A DNA stretch of 64,000 bases from Spirochaetota bacterium (GTDB lineage: Bacteria > Spirochaetota > JAAYUW01 > JAOAHJ01), in the NCBI GenBank assembly GCA_026415295.1, contig JAOAHJ010000002.1, forward strand, positions 7,509 through 71,508. Reading direction: 5' to 3'. The stretch's first letter is position 1. Each line of letters starts with the position of its first letter. Below are positions 19,469 through 30,306 of the stretch, piece after piece. The position numbers were made by a program, and so were the translations under genes. Under the pieces are notes generated by a model that saw only the letters and a program-made list of their open reading frames with translations, did not search any database and had not been told where the DNA came from.

Positions 19469-19500
19469 AAAAGGGCTACCTTTAAAAAGGTAGCCTTTTT
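19469..19500. terminator. Bidirectional intrinsic terminator between convergent hsp20 and pepT
   Basis: AAAAGGGCTACC-TTTAAAAA-GGTAGCCTTTTT. Confidence 0.85.
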
Positions 19501-20752
19501 ATTTTTCAGACCATAATTTACAAATATTTATAAAAGTTAATACAGCATACTCCATTGATTCAACAGAAATCCATTCTTTTATAGAATGATATAATATTCC
19601 CCCAGTAAATATATTTGGAGTTGGCATACCTTCAAAGGTTAACCTAGCTCCATCAGTACCGCCTCTTATACCCCTCTTTATTGGTTTTAATCCTGCCATT
19701 TTTATAGCTTTTATTGCAATATCAACAACTTCTGGATACTTTGATAAAATTTCTTTCATATTTCTATATTGTTTTTTTATCTCTATATCGATAATTAAAC
19801 CTTTGTATTTATTTTCAAATATTTTCTTCATTTTCTCTAACTTCTTTATTCTTTTTTTGTTTTTTCTTTCATTAAAATCTCTAATAATCAATGAACATGA
19901 AGAAAAAGACTCATCTCCTTTAATATGAGTTAAATGATAAAATCCATTTTTTTTATCAGTTTTTTCAGGTGTTTCTCTTTCTGGAATTTTGCTTAAATAT
20001 TTTGTTAAAAGCCTTAAAGCATTAATCATTTTACCTTTTGCCTCTCCTGGATGAACATTTAAGCCCTTAAAAGAAATTTTGATACTATATGCATCAAAAC
20101 ATTCATCTTCAATACTACCCTCTTCTCCTCCATCAAAGGTATACCCAAAATCTCCAAGCTTAGTTTTATCAATTTTTAAAGTCCCTTCTCCAATCTCTTC
20201 ATCTGGTGTAAAAATTATTCTTATCTCAGGATGTTTTATATCTGGATTTTCTTTAAGTATTTTTAACCCTGTTAATATTTCTGCTATTCCAGCTTTATCA
20301 TCTGCTCCGAGTAAAGTTTTACCTGAAGCTGTAATTATAGTTCTATTTTTATATTTTTTTAAAATCTTAGAATCTTTTGAAGTTATTTTAATGCTTGAAT
20401 CATTTAATATAATATCTTCACCATCATAATTTTCAATTATTTTAGGAACAACATTTTCTCCTGAAACAGCAGGTGAAGTATCCATATGAGCAAGAAAAGC
20501 TATTTTAAATTTAGAATTACAATTTGACCTTAATTTTGCATAAACATAACAATATTCACTAACTTCAACATCTTCAAGCCCTAAGGACTCTAATTTTTCC
20601 TTTAATAAATAAGCAAGTTCAAATTGATTTTTAGTTGATGGATTAGTTTTTGTATTTTCAGAAGATTCAGTATTTATTTTAACAAATTCAATAAAATTAT
20701 TAACTAAATACTCCCTATATTTTGAATTTAAAATCCCCATTTTTACCCTCAT
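19499..20752 (-). CDS. pepT: Peptidase T (M20 tripeptidase)
   Basis: AHMDTS, LLGADDKAG, TPDEEIG, DGG and IRGGTDG. Confidence 0.95.
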   Translation of the reverse strand: MRVKMGILNSKYREYLVNNFIEFVKINTESSENTKTNPSTKNQFELAYLLKEKLESLGLEDVEVSEYCYVYAKLRSNCNSKFKIAFLAHMDTSPAVSGENVVPKIIENYDGEDIILNDSSIKITSKDSKILKKYKNRTIITASGKTLLGADDKAGIAEILTGLKILKENPDIKHPEIRIIFTPDEEIGEGTLKIDKTKLGDFGYTFDGGEEGSIEDECFDAYSIKISFKGLNVHPGEAKGKMINALRLLTKYLSKIPERETPEKTDKKNGFYHLTHIKGDESFSSCSLIIRDFNERKNKKRIKKLEKMKKIFENKYKGLIIDIEIKKQYRNMKEILSKYPEVVDIAIKAIKMAGLKPIKRGIRGGTDGARLTFEGMPTPNIFTGGILYHSIKEWISVESMEYAVLTFINICKLWSEK

Positions 20753-20887
20753 ATCATTATAATTTAAATTGTAAAACTACTTTAAATTTTTATAATTTAT
20801 GTATTTATTAGGAAAAATTTTAATAAATATAACAAAAAATAAATTTTTAACAAAAATATTATTATAGTATTATAAAAAGGTAAAATT

Positions 20888-21343
20888 ATGATTATTGTTA
20901 TACAAAGGGTAAATTTTGCTAAATGTATAATAAAAGATAAAGTCTATTCTGAAATTAAAAAAGGACTCCTAGCATTGGTTTCAATAGAAAAAGATGATAA
21001 TTTAAATGATTATGAGTTTTGTATCAAAAAATTACTAAATTTAAGAGTGTTTGAAAATGATGAAAACAAATTTGATAAATCAATACAAGATATAAATGGC
21101 GAAATCATGGTAATTTCACAATTTACACTTGCTGGAAACATTAATAAAGGAAATAGACCTTCTTTCGATAATGCAATGCCACCACAAGCTGCCAAAATTG
21201 AATTTGAGAAATTTTTAGCACTACTAAATAACCATTTTACCTCTTTTAAAACAGGAATTTTTGGAGAATATATGCAGATTCAAATTGAAAACAATGGTCC
21301 AGTAACATTTATTATTGATTCAAAAAAAAGATTATATAATTAA
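20888..21343 (+). CDS. dtd: D-aminoacyl-tRNA deacylase
   Basis: QRV, SQFTL, GNRPSF and NNGPVT. Confidence 0.95.
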   Translation: MIIVIQRVNFAKCIIKDKVYSEIKKGLLALVSIEKDDNLNDYEFCIKKLLNLRVFENDENKFDKSIQDINGEIMVISQFTLAGNINKGNRPSFDNAMPPQAAKIEFEKFLALLNNHFTSFKTGIFGEYMQIQIENNGPVTFIIDSKKRLYN

Positions 21344-21385
21344 ATTTATTTAATTTTTAAAAATTTTAGTTTATGGGGGAATTAA

Positions 21386-21910
21386 TTGGATTTAAAACTC
21401 ATATATTACAACAATCCTTTATTAAAACAAAAAATAGAACAAGTAAAAAAAATTGATGAAGAAATTATTAAAATATGTAAATCTATGCAGGAAGCTAATT
21501 ATTTATATAATGGAATAGCAATTGCTGCAAATCAACTTGGTTTAAATTTAGCAATAATAGCTTTAACTCCAATTGAACCTTTTAATAAAGATATATGTCT
21601 TATCAATCCAAAAATAATAGAATATTCTAAAGAAGAAACCATATTTGAAGAAGGTTGCTTATCTTTTCCTGATCTTTATTTAAAAATAAAAAGACCCGAG
21701 TACATAATTGTAGAATATGAACTTTTTTCAGGGAAAAAATATCAAATTAAAGCATCCGGACTTCTTGCAAGAGTATTACAACATGAAATAGATCATTTAA
21801 ATGGAATATTTTTTTTTGAGAGATTACCATTAGAAGAACAAAAAAAGTTAGAACCAATTCTTAAAAATATTAATGAAAAATATAATAATAATAAAAGTTC
21901 ACCATATTAA
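21386..21910 (+). CDS. def: Peptide deformylase
   Basis: GIAIAANQ, EGCLS and QHEIDHLNG. Confidence 0.93.
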   Translation: MDLKLIYYNNPLLKQKIEQVKKIDEEIIKICKSMQEANYLYNGIAIAANQLGLNLAIIALTPIEPFNKDICLINPKIIEYSKEETIFEEGCLSFPDLYLKIKRPEYIIVEYELFSGKKYQIKASGLLARVLQHEIDHLNGIFFFERLPLEEQKKLEPILKNINEKYNNNKSSPY

Positions 21911-21938
21911 TAATTTTTTATATCTTAAGGATATTTAA

Positions 21939-22910
21939 ATGAAAAAATATAAAATAGGTTTCTTTTCAACATCAGAATTTGGCGAAGAAGTATTTAACTA
22001 CTTATTAAAAAACCATAACATAGAATTTGTATTGACAACAAAACCAAAACCTAAAGGTAGAGGTTATAAAATCGAAAATTTACCATTTGTAAATAAAGCA
22101 ATAGAAAATAAAATAAAAGTTATATATATTGAAAAAAGAAAAGAAATTAAAGAAAGTTTAGAAGAATATTTTCAAAAAGATAAAAAAATAGATTTTGGAA
22201 TAGTTGTTGATTTTGCTTTTATTTTAGACGAAGAAATTTTTAAGATTTCAAAAAATTACTTTATAAATATACATCCATCAATACTTCCACATTATAGAGG
22301 ACCATCTCCAATACAATATACTCTTCTAAATAATGAAAAGATAACAGGAGTTACATTACAAAAGATGACAAAAGATTGTGATGCAGGAGATATTCTATAT
22401 ATAATAAAAACAGAAATTTTACCTTTTGAAAATTTTAACCTATTATATAACAGATTAAAACATATATCTGTTGAAGCATTATCTTACTTCTTTTATAATA
22501 TATCATTTATTAAAGCTGTTCCTCAAAATCATAATGAAGCCACATATACTAAAAAAATAACTAAAGAAGATTCAAAGATAAATTTTGAAATGGATGCAAA
22601 AATAATTTCTGGTAAAATAAATGCTTTTTCTAAATGGCCTAAAGTTAAAGTAAGATTAAAGGAAGAAGAAATAATATTTTTAAATTCTTCTTATGAAGAA
22701 AAAGATTATGATGGAGTACCAGGACAAATAATTAAAATAGAAAATTTAAATTTAGAAAAGAATCAAAATTTGAAAGTATTATTTATAAAATGTAAAAAAA
22801 ATACATTATTAATTTCTCATTTACAACGTGCAGGTAAAAAACCCTTAACAATTTCTGAATTTTTATTAGGTTCTAAGATCTTAACACCTGGAGAAATTTT
22901 CAACTCTTAA
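21939..22910 (+). CDS. fmt: Methionyl-tRNA formyltransferase
   Basis: INIHPSILPHYRGPSPIQ, GVT and DAGDI; lies directly after def. Confidence 0.92.
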   Translation: MKKYKIGFFSTSEFGEEVFNYLLKNHNIEFVLTTKPKPKGRGYKIENLPFVNKAIENKIKVIYIEKRKEIKESLEEYFQKDKKIDFGIVVDFAFILDEEIFKISKNYFINIHPSILPHYRGPSPIQYTLLNNEKITGVTLQKMTKDCDAGDILYIIKTEILPFENFNLLYNRLKHISVEALSYFFYNISFIKAVPQNHNEATYTKKITKEDSKINFEMDAKIISGKINAFSKWPKVKVRLKEEEIIFLNSSYEEKDYDGVPGQIIKIENLNLEKNQNLKVLFIKCKKNTLLISHLQRAGKKPLTISEFLLGSKILTPGEIFNS

Positions 22911-23076
22911 ACTTTGGAAATAAAAAATTTTTTTTCTAGCCAGATTTAAATTATTAGTTTTTATTAACCAAAATGATATTTAATAAAAATTAAATTGAGA
23001 ATTCTTAGATTTTTTTTAAAATTTAAGAAATTCATATAAAATGATTTAAATTTTTTATTTTAATGTTATTTTTAAC

Positions 23077-23940
23077 TTGAGGAATAAATCTATGAAATTT
23101 ATAAAATTCAATAAAGAAAAAATAATAAATAAGATTAATCATATTCTATTAAAGATAAAGTATTTTATAAAAGAATCATTATTGAAATTAAATGATTTTT
23201 TCAATAATTTAAACTGGAAACTATTTTGGTTTACAACAGTTATAATAATAATAATTTCTTTAATATTAGCAAATATTGCATATCTTTTATGGGTTAAAAA
23301 ATTTGATTTTGTTAAAGTACCATCTTTAGAAAAAAAATTTTTAGTTGAAGCTATTTTAGAATTACAAAAATATGATTTATATCCCAAAATTGAATCTATT
23401 TATTCAGTAGAATCATATGGTTATGTTATTTCTCAAGATCCTCAACCAGGAAAAATTATAAGAAATAAAAGATTTGTAAGATTGCTTGTTTCTGTTGGTC
23501 CTTATGTTAAAACTCTTGAAGATTTCACAGGTAAAAGTATATTTTATGCTGAAAAAAAGTTAAATGAAATTTCTAGTATTACAAAAAAAAACATAGTTAT
23601 AAAAGAAATTAATTATCAATTTTCAGATACTGTTGAAAAAGGATTTATAGTTTCACAACAACCTGCTCCAGGAACTGATTTAATTCTTGTAAATGAAGTC
23701 ATTTTGACTGTTTCCAAAGGTCCTGTAAATAATGATATTGCTATACCATCATTTATTGGCTTAACAATTGATCAAGCTACATTAAAAGCTAAAGAAAATG
23801 GTATATTTCTAAAAATAGAATATATCCAAACTGAAAATCCTGAAGAATTTGATGTTGTAATACAACAAAGTATTTCTCCTGGAGAAATAATTAAACCAAA
23901 CACTGAATTGACAATATATGTTGGAAAAAGAAAAGAGTAA
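23077..23940 (+). CDS. PASTA-domain membrane protein (three PASTA repeats, no kinase domain)
   Basis: One TM helix, then VPSL..VISQDPQPG, IVSQQPAPG and IPSFIG..VIQQSISPG. Confidence 0.85.
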   Translation: MRNKSMKFIKFNKEKIINKINHILLKIKYFIKESLLKLNDFFNNLNWKLFWFTTVIIIIISLILANIAYLLWVKKFDFVKVPSLEKKFLVEAILELQKYDLYPKIESIYSVESYGYVISQDPQPGKIIRNKRFVRLLVSVGPYVKTLEDFTGKSIFYAEKKLNEISSITKKNIVIKEINYQFSDTVEKGFIVSQQPAPGTDLILVNEVILTVSKGPVNNDIAIPSFIGLTIDQATLKAKENGIFLKIEYIQTENPEEFDVVIQQSISPGEIIKPNTELTIYVGKRKE

Positions 23941-24574
23941 AGAGATAGATTTTTCTAAAATTTGTCCCTCTATTTTTGCAGCAAATTTTCTAAATTTAAA
24001 AGAATCCCTAAATTATGCAAAGTATAAAGGTGTTAAATTGATACATCTTGATATAATGGATGGTCATTTTGTTCCAAATATCTCATTCGGTCCTAAAATT
24101 TGTGAAGATATTTTATCTTATAATTATTTTAATTTTGATGCCCATCTAATGATAGAAAACCCAGAAAAATTTATTCCAAAATTTATGAACCCATCAATAT
24201 CATATATAACAATTCATTATGAAATAAAAAAAAATATTGTTGAGCTTATAAATCAGATAAAATTAAGTAAAGTAAAAGCGGGAATTTCTATAAAACCTAA
24301 AACTTCATTTGAAGAATTGATAAATTTTTTAAAAGAAAGTGATCTTCTTCATAAAATAGATCTAATTTTAATAATGAGTGTAGAGCCAGGATTTTCAGGT
24401 CAAAAATTTATAGATGAAGTTATGCCAAAGATAAAAAAAGCTTATGATTTTAAAATTAAAAATAATCTCAACTATATTATTCAAGTTGATGGTGGAATTA
24501 ATTTTAATAATTGTTACCAAATTTTAGATAATGGTGCAGATCTTTTAGTAATGGGAGCAAATTTTTTTAAATAA
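23918..24574 (+). CDS. rpe: Ribulose-phosphate 3-epimerase
   Basis: HLDIMDGHFVPNISFG, DAHLM, MSVEPGFSGQKF and VDGGI. Confidence 0.95.
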   Translation: MLEKEKSKEIDFSKICPSIFAANFLNLKESLNYAKYKGVKLIHLDIMDGHFVPNISFGPKICEDILSYNYFNFDAHLMIENPEKFIPKFMNPSISYITIHYEIKKNIVELINQIKLSKVKAGISIKPKTSFEELINFLKESDLLHKIDLILIMSVEPGFSGQKFIDEVMPKIKKAYDFKIKNNLNYIIQVDGGINFNNCYQILDNGADLLVMGANFFK

Positions 24575-24610
24575 TTTTTCTCAAAATCATTTAATTTAAC
24601 AAAAAACAAA

Positions 24611-25981
24611 ATGGAAAATGATATTAATAAAATATTTAAAATAAATGATTTTTATGAAATTGTTATTTTAGGTGCTGGTCCTGCTTCTCTTTTCTTATCA
24701 TTTCTACTTGCAAAAAATCTCCTTAATAAAGGCGAATATAAAAATTTAAACATTCTAATTATTGAAAAAGAAAAAATAATTGGTAAAAAACTTTTAATTT
24801 CTGGAAAAGGGGCATGTAATTTTACCAACATATCTAATGAAGAAACATTTATAAAAAACTATCCAAGAGGAAAATATTTTTTTAAAAAAATATTTTATAA
24901 ATTTACCAACTTTGATTTTATTAAATTAATTGAAGAAAATGGAATAAAAACAAGTGTTGAAAAAAATGGAAAATGTTTTCCTTTATCTAAAAATTCAAAT
25001 GAAATATTAAATTTATTTCTAAGTCAAATAAAAAAATCAAATAAATTTACTTTTTTAACAGAATCAAAACCAATTTTTATAGAATATATAAACAATTTAA
25101 AAAAAAATTTTAAAATTGAAATAGAGAGTAAAAATTCAAAAAAAATAATTACTGTTTTTTCAAATTTTTTAATTTTAGCTACAGGTGGCATCTTAGAAAA
25201 TGAACCTCCAAAAATTAAAAATATAGATATAGAAATATCTAAAATAGCACCTGCTTTATACGGTTTTGAAACTGAAGATAATGACAATATAATTAAAAAA
25301 TGTCAAGGAATAAGTTTAAAAAATGTTAGCATAAGAATAATAGGCACAAATTTTAAAACTACTGGAGATATTTTGTTTACACATAAAGGAATATCTGGCC
25401 CTGCTATTCTTCATCTTTCATCTATAGCCGCATACTATATTAAAGACAATAAATTTAAATTTAAACTTTCAATTAATTTAATAAACACTTTAATGAAAAA
25501 TGAGAAAGATATAAATTCATTAATAAAATTATATAAAGAAAAATTATCACCTATTAAAGATAAACTTTTTAAAAACTGTTATATTCTATTTAATTTACCT
25601 TCAAAGTTATTTGAAAATATCTTAATTTTATTTTGCAAAAAAGAAAAATTTAAAATAGAGGACCCCAAAAAAATAAAAGCAAAATATTTTTTAAATGATC
25701 TTGTTTTAAAAAAATTTTTACTATTTATTTGCGATTTTAGAATATCTATAATTAACAAATCTAACATTCAGTCTGAATTTGTGACTGCGGGAGGTATAGA
25801 GCTAAAACAGATCTATTCTAATGGAATGTATTTTAAAAATTACCCTCAACTTTTTGCTATAGGTGAAATTCTCAATATAGATGGTTTAACAGGTGGCTAC
25901 AATCTGCAAAATTGCTGGACTACTGCTTATGTGGCATTCAAAGAGATAGAACAAAGAATTATAAATCAAAATCTTAGTTAA
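24611..25981 (+). CDS. HI0933/BaiN-family NAD(P)/FAD-dependent oxidoreductase
   Basis: GAGPA, GKKLLISGKGACNFTN, LFTHKGISGPA, VTAGG and GEILNIDGLTGGYNLQ. Confidence 0.92.
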   Translation: MENDINKIFKINDFYEIVILGAGPASLFLSFLLAKNLLNKGEYKNLNILIIEKEKIIGKKLLISGKGACNFTNISNEETFIKNYPRGKYFFKKIFYKFTNFDFIKLIEENGIKTSVEKNGKCFPLSKNSNEILNLFLSQIKKSNKFTFLTESKPIFIEYINNLKKNFKIEIESKNSKKIITVFSNFLILATGGILENEPPKIKNIDIEISKIAPALYGFETEDNDNIIKKCQGISLKNVSIRIIGTNFKTTGDILFTHKGISGPAILHLSSIAAYYIKDNKFKFKLSINLINTLMKNEKDINSLIKLYKEKLSPIKDKLFKNCYILFNLPSKLFENILILFCKKEKFKIEDPKKIKAKYFLNDLVLKKFLLFICDFRISIINKSNIQSEFVTAGGIELKQIYSNGMYFKNYPQLFAIGEILNIDGLTGGYNLQNCWTTAYVAFKEIEQRIINQNLS

Positions 25982-26078
25982 AAAACCTATTATTTTATAA
26001 TTATTTAAAATATTGAAATTTTAAATTAAATAGTTACTTTTAATAAAAATAAATTTAAAAAAATTAAAGGAAATATTA

Positions 26079-26525
26079 ATGATAAAATTATCAAACTATA
26101 TAAGTAAAGAAAATATCTTTTTCATAGATAAAAATTCAAAATTAGAGATATTTGATGAAATATTTGAAAAAGTAAAAAATAATAAATATATAAAAAACAT
26201 TGAAATATTTAAAAATTTAATCTTAGAAAGAGAAAAAATTGTTAGTACTGGTATAGGAATGGGCTTTGCTGTTCCTCATATTAAAAATAATATAGTAGAA
26301 GAATTTTTTATATCTATTTTCATCCTTGAAAAACCTGTAGATTGGAACTCTATTGACAATAAACCTGTTAAAGTAATTTTTCTTATTGCTGGCCCAGAAA
26401 ATCACAATCTTTATTTACAAATTTTATCAAAACTTATATTGATTATAAGAAATTTTAAAGAAAGAAAAGCTTTACTAAATTCTAAAAATTTAGATGAAAT
26501 TTATTCATTTTTTTATAGATTTTAA
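26079..26525 (+). CDS. PTS EIIA (Ntr/Fru-type) domain protein
   Basis: RE..STGIGMGFAVPH with the phospho-His, and VDWNSIDNKPV. Confidence 0.9.
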   Translation: MIKLSNYISKENIFFIDKNSKLEIFDEIFEKVKNNKYIKNIEIFKNLILEREKIVSTGIGMGFAVPHIKNNIVEEFFISIFILEKPVDWNSIDNKPVKVIFLIAGPENHNLYLQILSKLILIIRNFKERKALLNSKNLDEIYSFFYRF

Positions 26526-26596
26526 TATCACTACAAAAACAAAATACCTTTTATAGAAAATTAATATTTTTATATTAAAAATATAAAGGAATATTT

Positions 26597-26908
26597 ATGC
26601 TTATTTATTATATTTTCTTAAAAGACTTAAATTATAAAGAAGATATAGCTTTAGCATTAACTTCATCTAGTTTAAACTCTACTTTATTTATAGAATCTAT
26701 AAATATTAATAAACTACTCCAATTAAAACTACCCTTATTCTCTGGTTTATTTAACACAAATATAGATAATGATTCAGGTTTATTTATAGGATTTACTGAA
26801 AACAAAGAGAATCTAAATAATTTTCTAAAATTATTACAAGAAAGCGGCGTAATTAACAGTGAAAACTCAATATTTAATATTTTTTATTTTGAAGTTAATT
26901 CATTTTAA
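26597..26908 (+). CDS. Small hypothetical protein, possibly a degenerate PII-like fold
   Basis: 103 aa; pattern with LPLFSGL resembles small proteins I recall beside EIIA genes. Confidence 0.55.
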   Translation: MLIYYIFLKDLNYKEDIALALTSSSLNSTLFIESININKLLQLKLPLFSGLFNTNIDNDSGLFIGFTENKENLNNFLKLLQESGVINSENSIFNIFYFEVNSF

Positions 26909-26955
26909 TTTTATTTTTTTTAATAATTTAAAAATTTAATTTAAGGAGTTTAAAA

Positions 26956-27993
26956 TTGAAAATTCATTACTATCAAAATTATTTAAAATTATTTTTATTA
27001 TTATTTTTAATAACAATTTTAAACTTAAATTTAAATTCACAGGAAACCATTTCTCTATCTTTTGTAGGTGATATTATGATGGGAACTACCTATCCTTCAG
27101 ATATTCTTCCTCCAAATGATGGAAAAGATTTATTTAATGATGCAAAACCATTTTTTGATACAGATTTTATTTTAGGAAATTGTGAAGGAACATTTACTGA
27201 GCAAAAAACATCGACAAAAGATGTCTCAAAACCTAATAATTACGCTTTTAGAATGCCTTTAAGATATATAAATTATTTAAAAGAAGCTAATTTTCATATA
27301 CTTAGCATTGCAAACAACCACTCTTTTGATTTTGGAAATAAAGGTTATATAGATACAATTGAAAATTTAAAAAAAGCTGGATTCATTGTAATAGGAGAAA
27401 AAGGAAATATTGAAATTATTGAAAAAAAAGGATTAAAATTTGGTTTTATAGGTTTTTCATGGTTTTCTCACCATAATAATATACTTGATCTTAATAATAC
27501 TAAAAATTTTATAAAGGAATGTAAAAATAAAGTTGATTTATTAGTTGTCTATTTTCATGGTGGATCTGAAGGAGAATCCGCACAAAGAGTTAAAAATGAA
27601 ATGGAATATTTTTTAGGGAGTCCAAGAGGAAATGTTTATCAATTTGCAAGAATAGCTATAGACAATGGTGCTGACATAGTTGTAGGTCATGGACCTCATG
27701 TTTTAAGAGGAATGGAATTTTATAAAGGAAAATTAATTGCTTATTCCCTTGGAAATTTTTGCACTTACGGTATGTTTTCAATGAAATATCCTCGAAATAT
27801 TTCATGTATCTTAAAAGTATATTATGACAAAAATAAAAACTTTTTAAAAGGTCAAATTATTCCATTCATTTTACTAAATAAAGGGATACCATACTATGAT
27901 AAAAATAAAGAAGCAATAAAAATAATAAATAATCTTTCCAAAATTGATTTTGGAGAAAATGGAGTTAAAATAAATGAAAATGGAGAATTTTAA
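26956..27993 (+). CDS. CapA/PgsA-family metallophosphoesterase
   Basis: GDIM, GNCEG, IANNHSFDFG, FHGG, GHGPHV and YSLGNF; signal peptide. Confidence 0.92.
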   Translation: MKIHYYQNYLKLFLLLFLITILNLNLNSQETISLSFVGDIMMGTTYPSDILPPNDGKDLFNDAKPFFDTDFILGNCEGTFTEQKTSTKDVSKPNNYAFRMPLRYINYLKEANFHILSIANNHSFDFGNKGYIDTIENLKKAGFIVIGEKGNIEIIEKKGLKFGFIGFSWFSHHNNILDLNNTKNFIKECKNKVDLLVVYFHGGSEGESAQRVKNEMEYFLGSPRGNVYQFARIAIDNGADIVVGHGPHVLRGMEFYKGKLIAYSLGNFCTYGMFSMKYPRNISCILKVYYDKNKNFLKGQIIPFILLNKGIPYYDKNKEAIKIINNLSKIDFGENGVKINENGEF

Positions 27994-28639
27994 TTTTTTA
28001 TTAAAAGATGAAAAATTTGATAATCTATATATTGTAAATCACCCCTTAATGAAACATTTACTTACACATTTAAGGGATAAAAACACCAAACCTGCTTTAT
28101 TTAGAACAATCACAAAAAAGATAACAACCCTGTTATCAATTTTTGCATCATATGAGCTATCATTACAAAAAAGCATAAGAGAAACACCATTAGAATCTTT
28201 TGAAGGCTATATAATTAATGAGCAAATAGTAGCAATTCCTATTTTAAGAGCTGGCCTTGGAATGATAGATCCAATATGTGACTTATTCCCTGAAGTCTCT
28301 GTTGGTTATGTAGGAATACAAAGAGACCATGAAACAGCAATACCTCATGAATATTATTATAAACTCCCTGACATTAAAAATAAAGTAGTTTTTTTACTTG
28401 ATCCAATGCTTGCTACTGGTGGATCAGCTTCATATGCAATAAATTTAATAAAATCTGAAAAACCAAAAAAAATTATTATGCTTGCTATAGTTTCTGCTCC
28501 TGAAGGAGTATCTTTAATAAATAAAAATCACCCTGAAGTCCAGATATTTACTGCAAGTCTTGATAGAGAATTAAATTTTAAAAAATATATTTTACCAGGT
28601 CTTGGTGATATGGGTGATAGATTATATGGAACAATTTGA
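27974..28639 (+). CDS. upp: Uracil phosphoribosyltransferase
   Basis: PILRAG, DPMLATGGS and YILPGLGDMGDRLYGT. Confidence 0.97.
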   Translation: MKMENFNFLLKDEKFDNLYIVNHPLMKHLLTHLRDKNTKPALFRTITKKITTLLSIFASYELSLQKSIRETPLESFEGYIINEQIVAIPILRAGLGMIDPICDLFPEVSVGYVGIQRDHETAIPHEYYYKLPDIKNKVVFLLDPMLATGGSASYAINLIKSEKPKKIIMLAIVSAPEGVSLINKNHPEVQIFTASLDRELNFKKYILPGLGDMGDRLYGTI

Positions 28640-28695
28640 GATATTATCTTTTTAGTTAATTTTTAAGCAGGAATAAAAAATAAATATTTTTATAA

Positions 28696-30282
28696 ATGGA
28701 GAATTATATGAATAATGAACAATTAAATGAGGTACTTAATATTTTTTCTCAAATTTCTAAAATCCCAAGATGTTCTAAAAATGAAGAAAGAATAGCAAAA
28801 TACCTTATCAACTTTGCTTTAGAAAATAATCTTGAATACAAGATAGATAATCATAATAATGTTTTAATAAAAATTCCACCAACTAATGGTTATGAAAATC
28901 TTCCCGGAATAATCATTCAAACACATATGGATATGGTTTGTGAAAAGGACAATGATATAGTACATGATTTTAATAAAGACCCTATAGAATTAATTTTTGA
29001 AGGTGATTTTTTAAAAGCAAAAGGGACTACTTTAGGGGCTGATGATGGTATTGGAATGTCTATAGCATTATCTTATGCTAAAATGAAAAATTTACCACAC
29101 CCTCCTTTAGAACTTTTATTTACTGTAGATGAAGAGACTGGTTTAACTGGAGCTAAAATGTTATCAGAAGATTTTCTATCATACAATTATATGCTTAATA
29201 TTGATACCGACAGTGACAAAACTTTTATAATTGGTTGTGCTGGAGGGAAAGATGTTAAAGTTAAAATTAAAACATATTTTTCAAAATTAACTAATAATAA
29301 TTTAGAAAATTCAATTAGAAAATTTATTTCTAATTATAACTTTAAAAATAGTGAAACTCAACTTCAAAATAACAAAAATTTAAATTTTTCTATTTTTGAA
29401 TTAAATATAGATGGTTTAATTGGTGGGCACTCAGGTCTTGATATTAATAAAAAAAGAGGAAATGCTATAATAATTTTGATTAGATTATTAAATTATTTAT
29501 TAGAAAGTAATATTCTATTATGCTTAGTATCTATATTTGGTGGACAAGCCCACAATGCTATTCCTAGAAGTTCTAAAGCAACAATAGTTATTCCTGAAAT
29601 TTATGAAAAAGAATTTCTTGAAAAAATAAAAATATTCTCAGAACTTTTAATTTCTGAGATAAAATTTGATGAACCAAATATAAAAATCCTATTTGAAAAG
29701 ATAAATGACAGGATAGATAAAAATAAAGTTGAAGAACTATTTTTTATAGATTTTCAAGAAACAAAAAAAATTATTAATTTATTAAATTTAATTCCTCATG
29801 GGGTTTTTACTATGTCATCTCAAATACCAAATCTTGTTGAATCTTCAAATAATTTTGCAAAAATAAATACAAACTTCAATGAATCTTCCTTTGATTTACT
29901 TTTAAGTTATAGATCATCAAATGATTCTGTAATGGCTTGGGCTATTTCCAAGATAAAATCACTATCAGAAATATTGAATTTTAATATTGAAATCGGAAAT
30001 GGTTATCCATCCTGGACACCTGATATAGATTCAAAATTTCTTTATTTCTGTAAAGAATCATATAAAGAGTGTTTTTCTGAATACCCAAAAGTAGATGTTA
30101 TACATGCGGGACTTGAATGTGGAATATTAAAATCAAAATATAAAAATTTAGAGGTTATTTCTTGTGGTGTAGAGCTGCATTCCCCACATTCACCTCAAGA
30201 AAAAGTATCAATAAGTTCTATAGAGAGAACTTTAAAATTTATAAATAAATTATTTAGTAATTGGAAAAATTTTTTTAATTAA
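28696..30282 (+). CDS. pepD: Aminoacyl-histidine dipeptidase (M20C)
   Basis: IPRCS, QTHMDMV, TTLGADDGIG, DEETG, GGHSG, HAGLECG and HSPQE. Confidence 0.93.
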   Translation: MENYMNNEQLNEVLNIFSQISKIPRCSKNEERIAKYLINFALENNLEYKIDNHNNVLIKIPPTNGYENLPGIIIQTHMDMVCEKDNDIVHDFNKDPIELIFEGDFLKAKGTTLGADDGIGMSIALSYAKMKNLPHPPLELLFTVDEETGLTGAKMLSEDFLSYNYMLNIDTDSDKTFIIGCAGGKDVKVKIKTYFSKLTNNNLENSIRKFISNYNFKNSETQLQNNKNLNFSIFELNIDGLIGGHSGLDINKKRGNAIIILIRLLNYLLESNILLCLVSIFGGQAHNAIPRSSKATIVIPEIYEKEFLEKIKIFSELLISEIKFDEPNIKILFEKINDRIDKNKVEELFFIDFQETKKIINLLNLIPHGVFTMSSQIPNLVESSNNFAKINTNFNESSFDLLLSYRSSNDSVMAWAISKIKSLSEILNFNIEIGNGYPSWTPDIDSKFLYFCKESYKECFSEYPKVDVIHAGLECGILKSKYKNLEVISCGVELHSPHSPQEKVSISSIERTLKFINKLFSNWKNFFN

Positions 30283-30306
30283 AAAAAATTTTTTCTGGAG
30301 AAATTT

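Noticed and set aside
21510..21540. Def motif 1 variant GIAIAANQ as a sign of inactivity
   Set aside because: EGCLS and HEIDH metal ligands are intact and the gene is in its normal position beside fmt.
26956..27993. CapA as evidence of a poly-gamma-glutamate capsule locus
   Set aside because: No capB/capC nearby; stand-alone CapA-family phosphoesterases are common.
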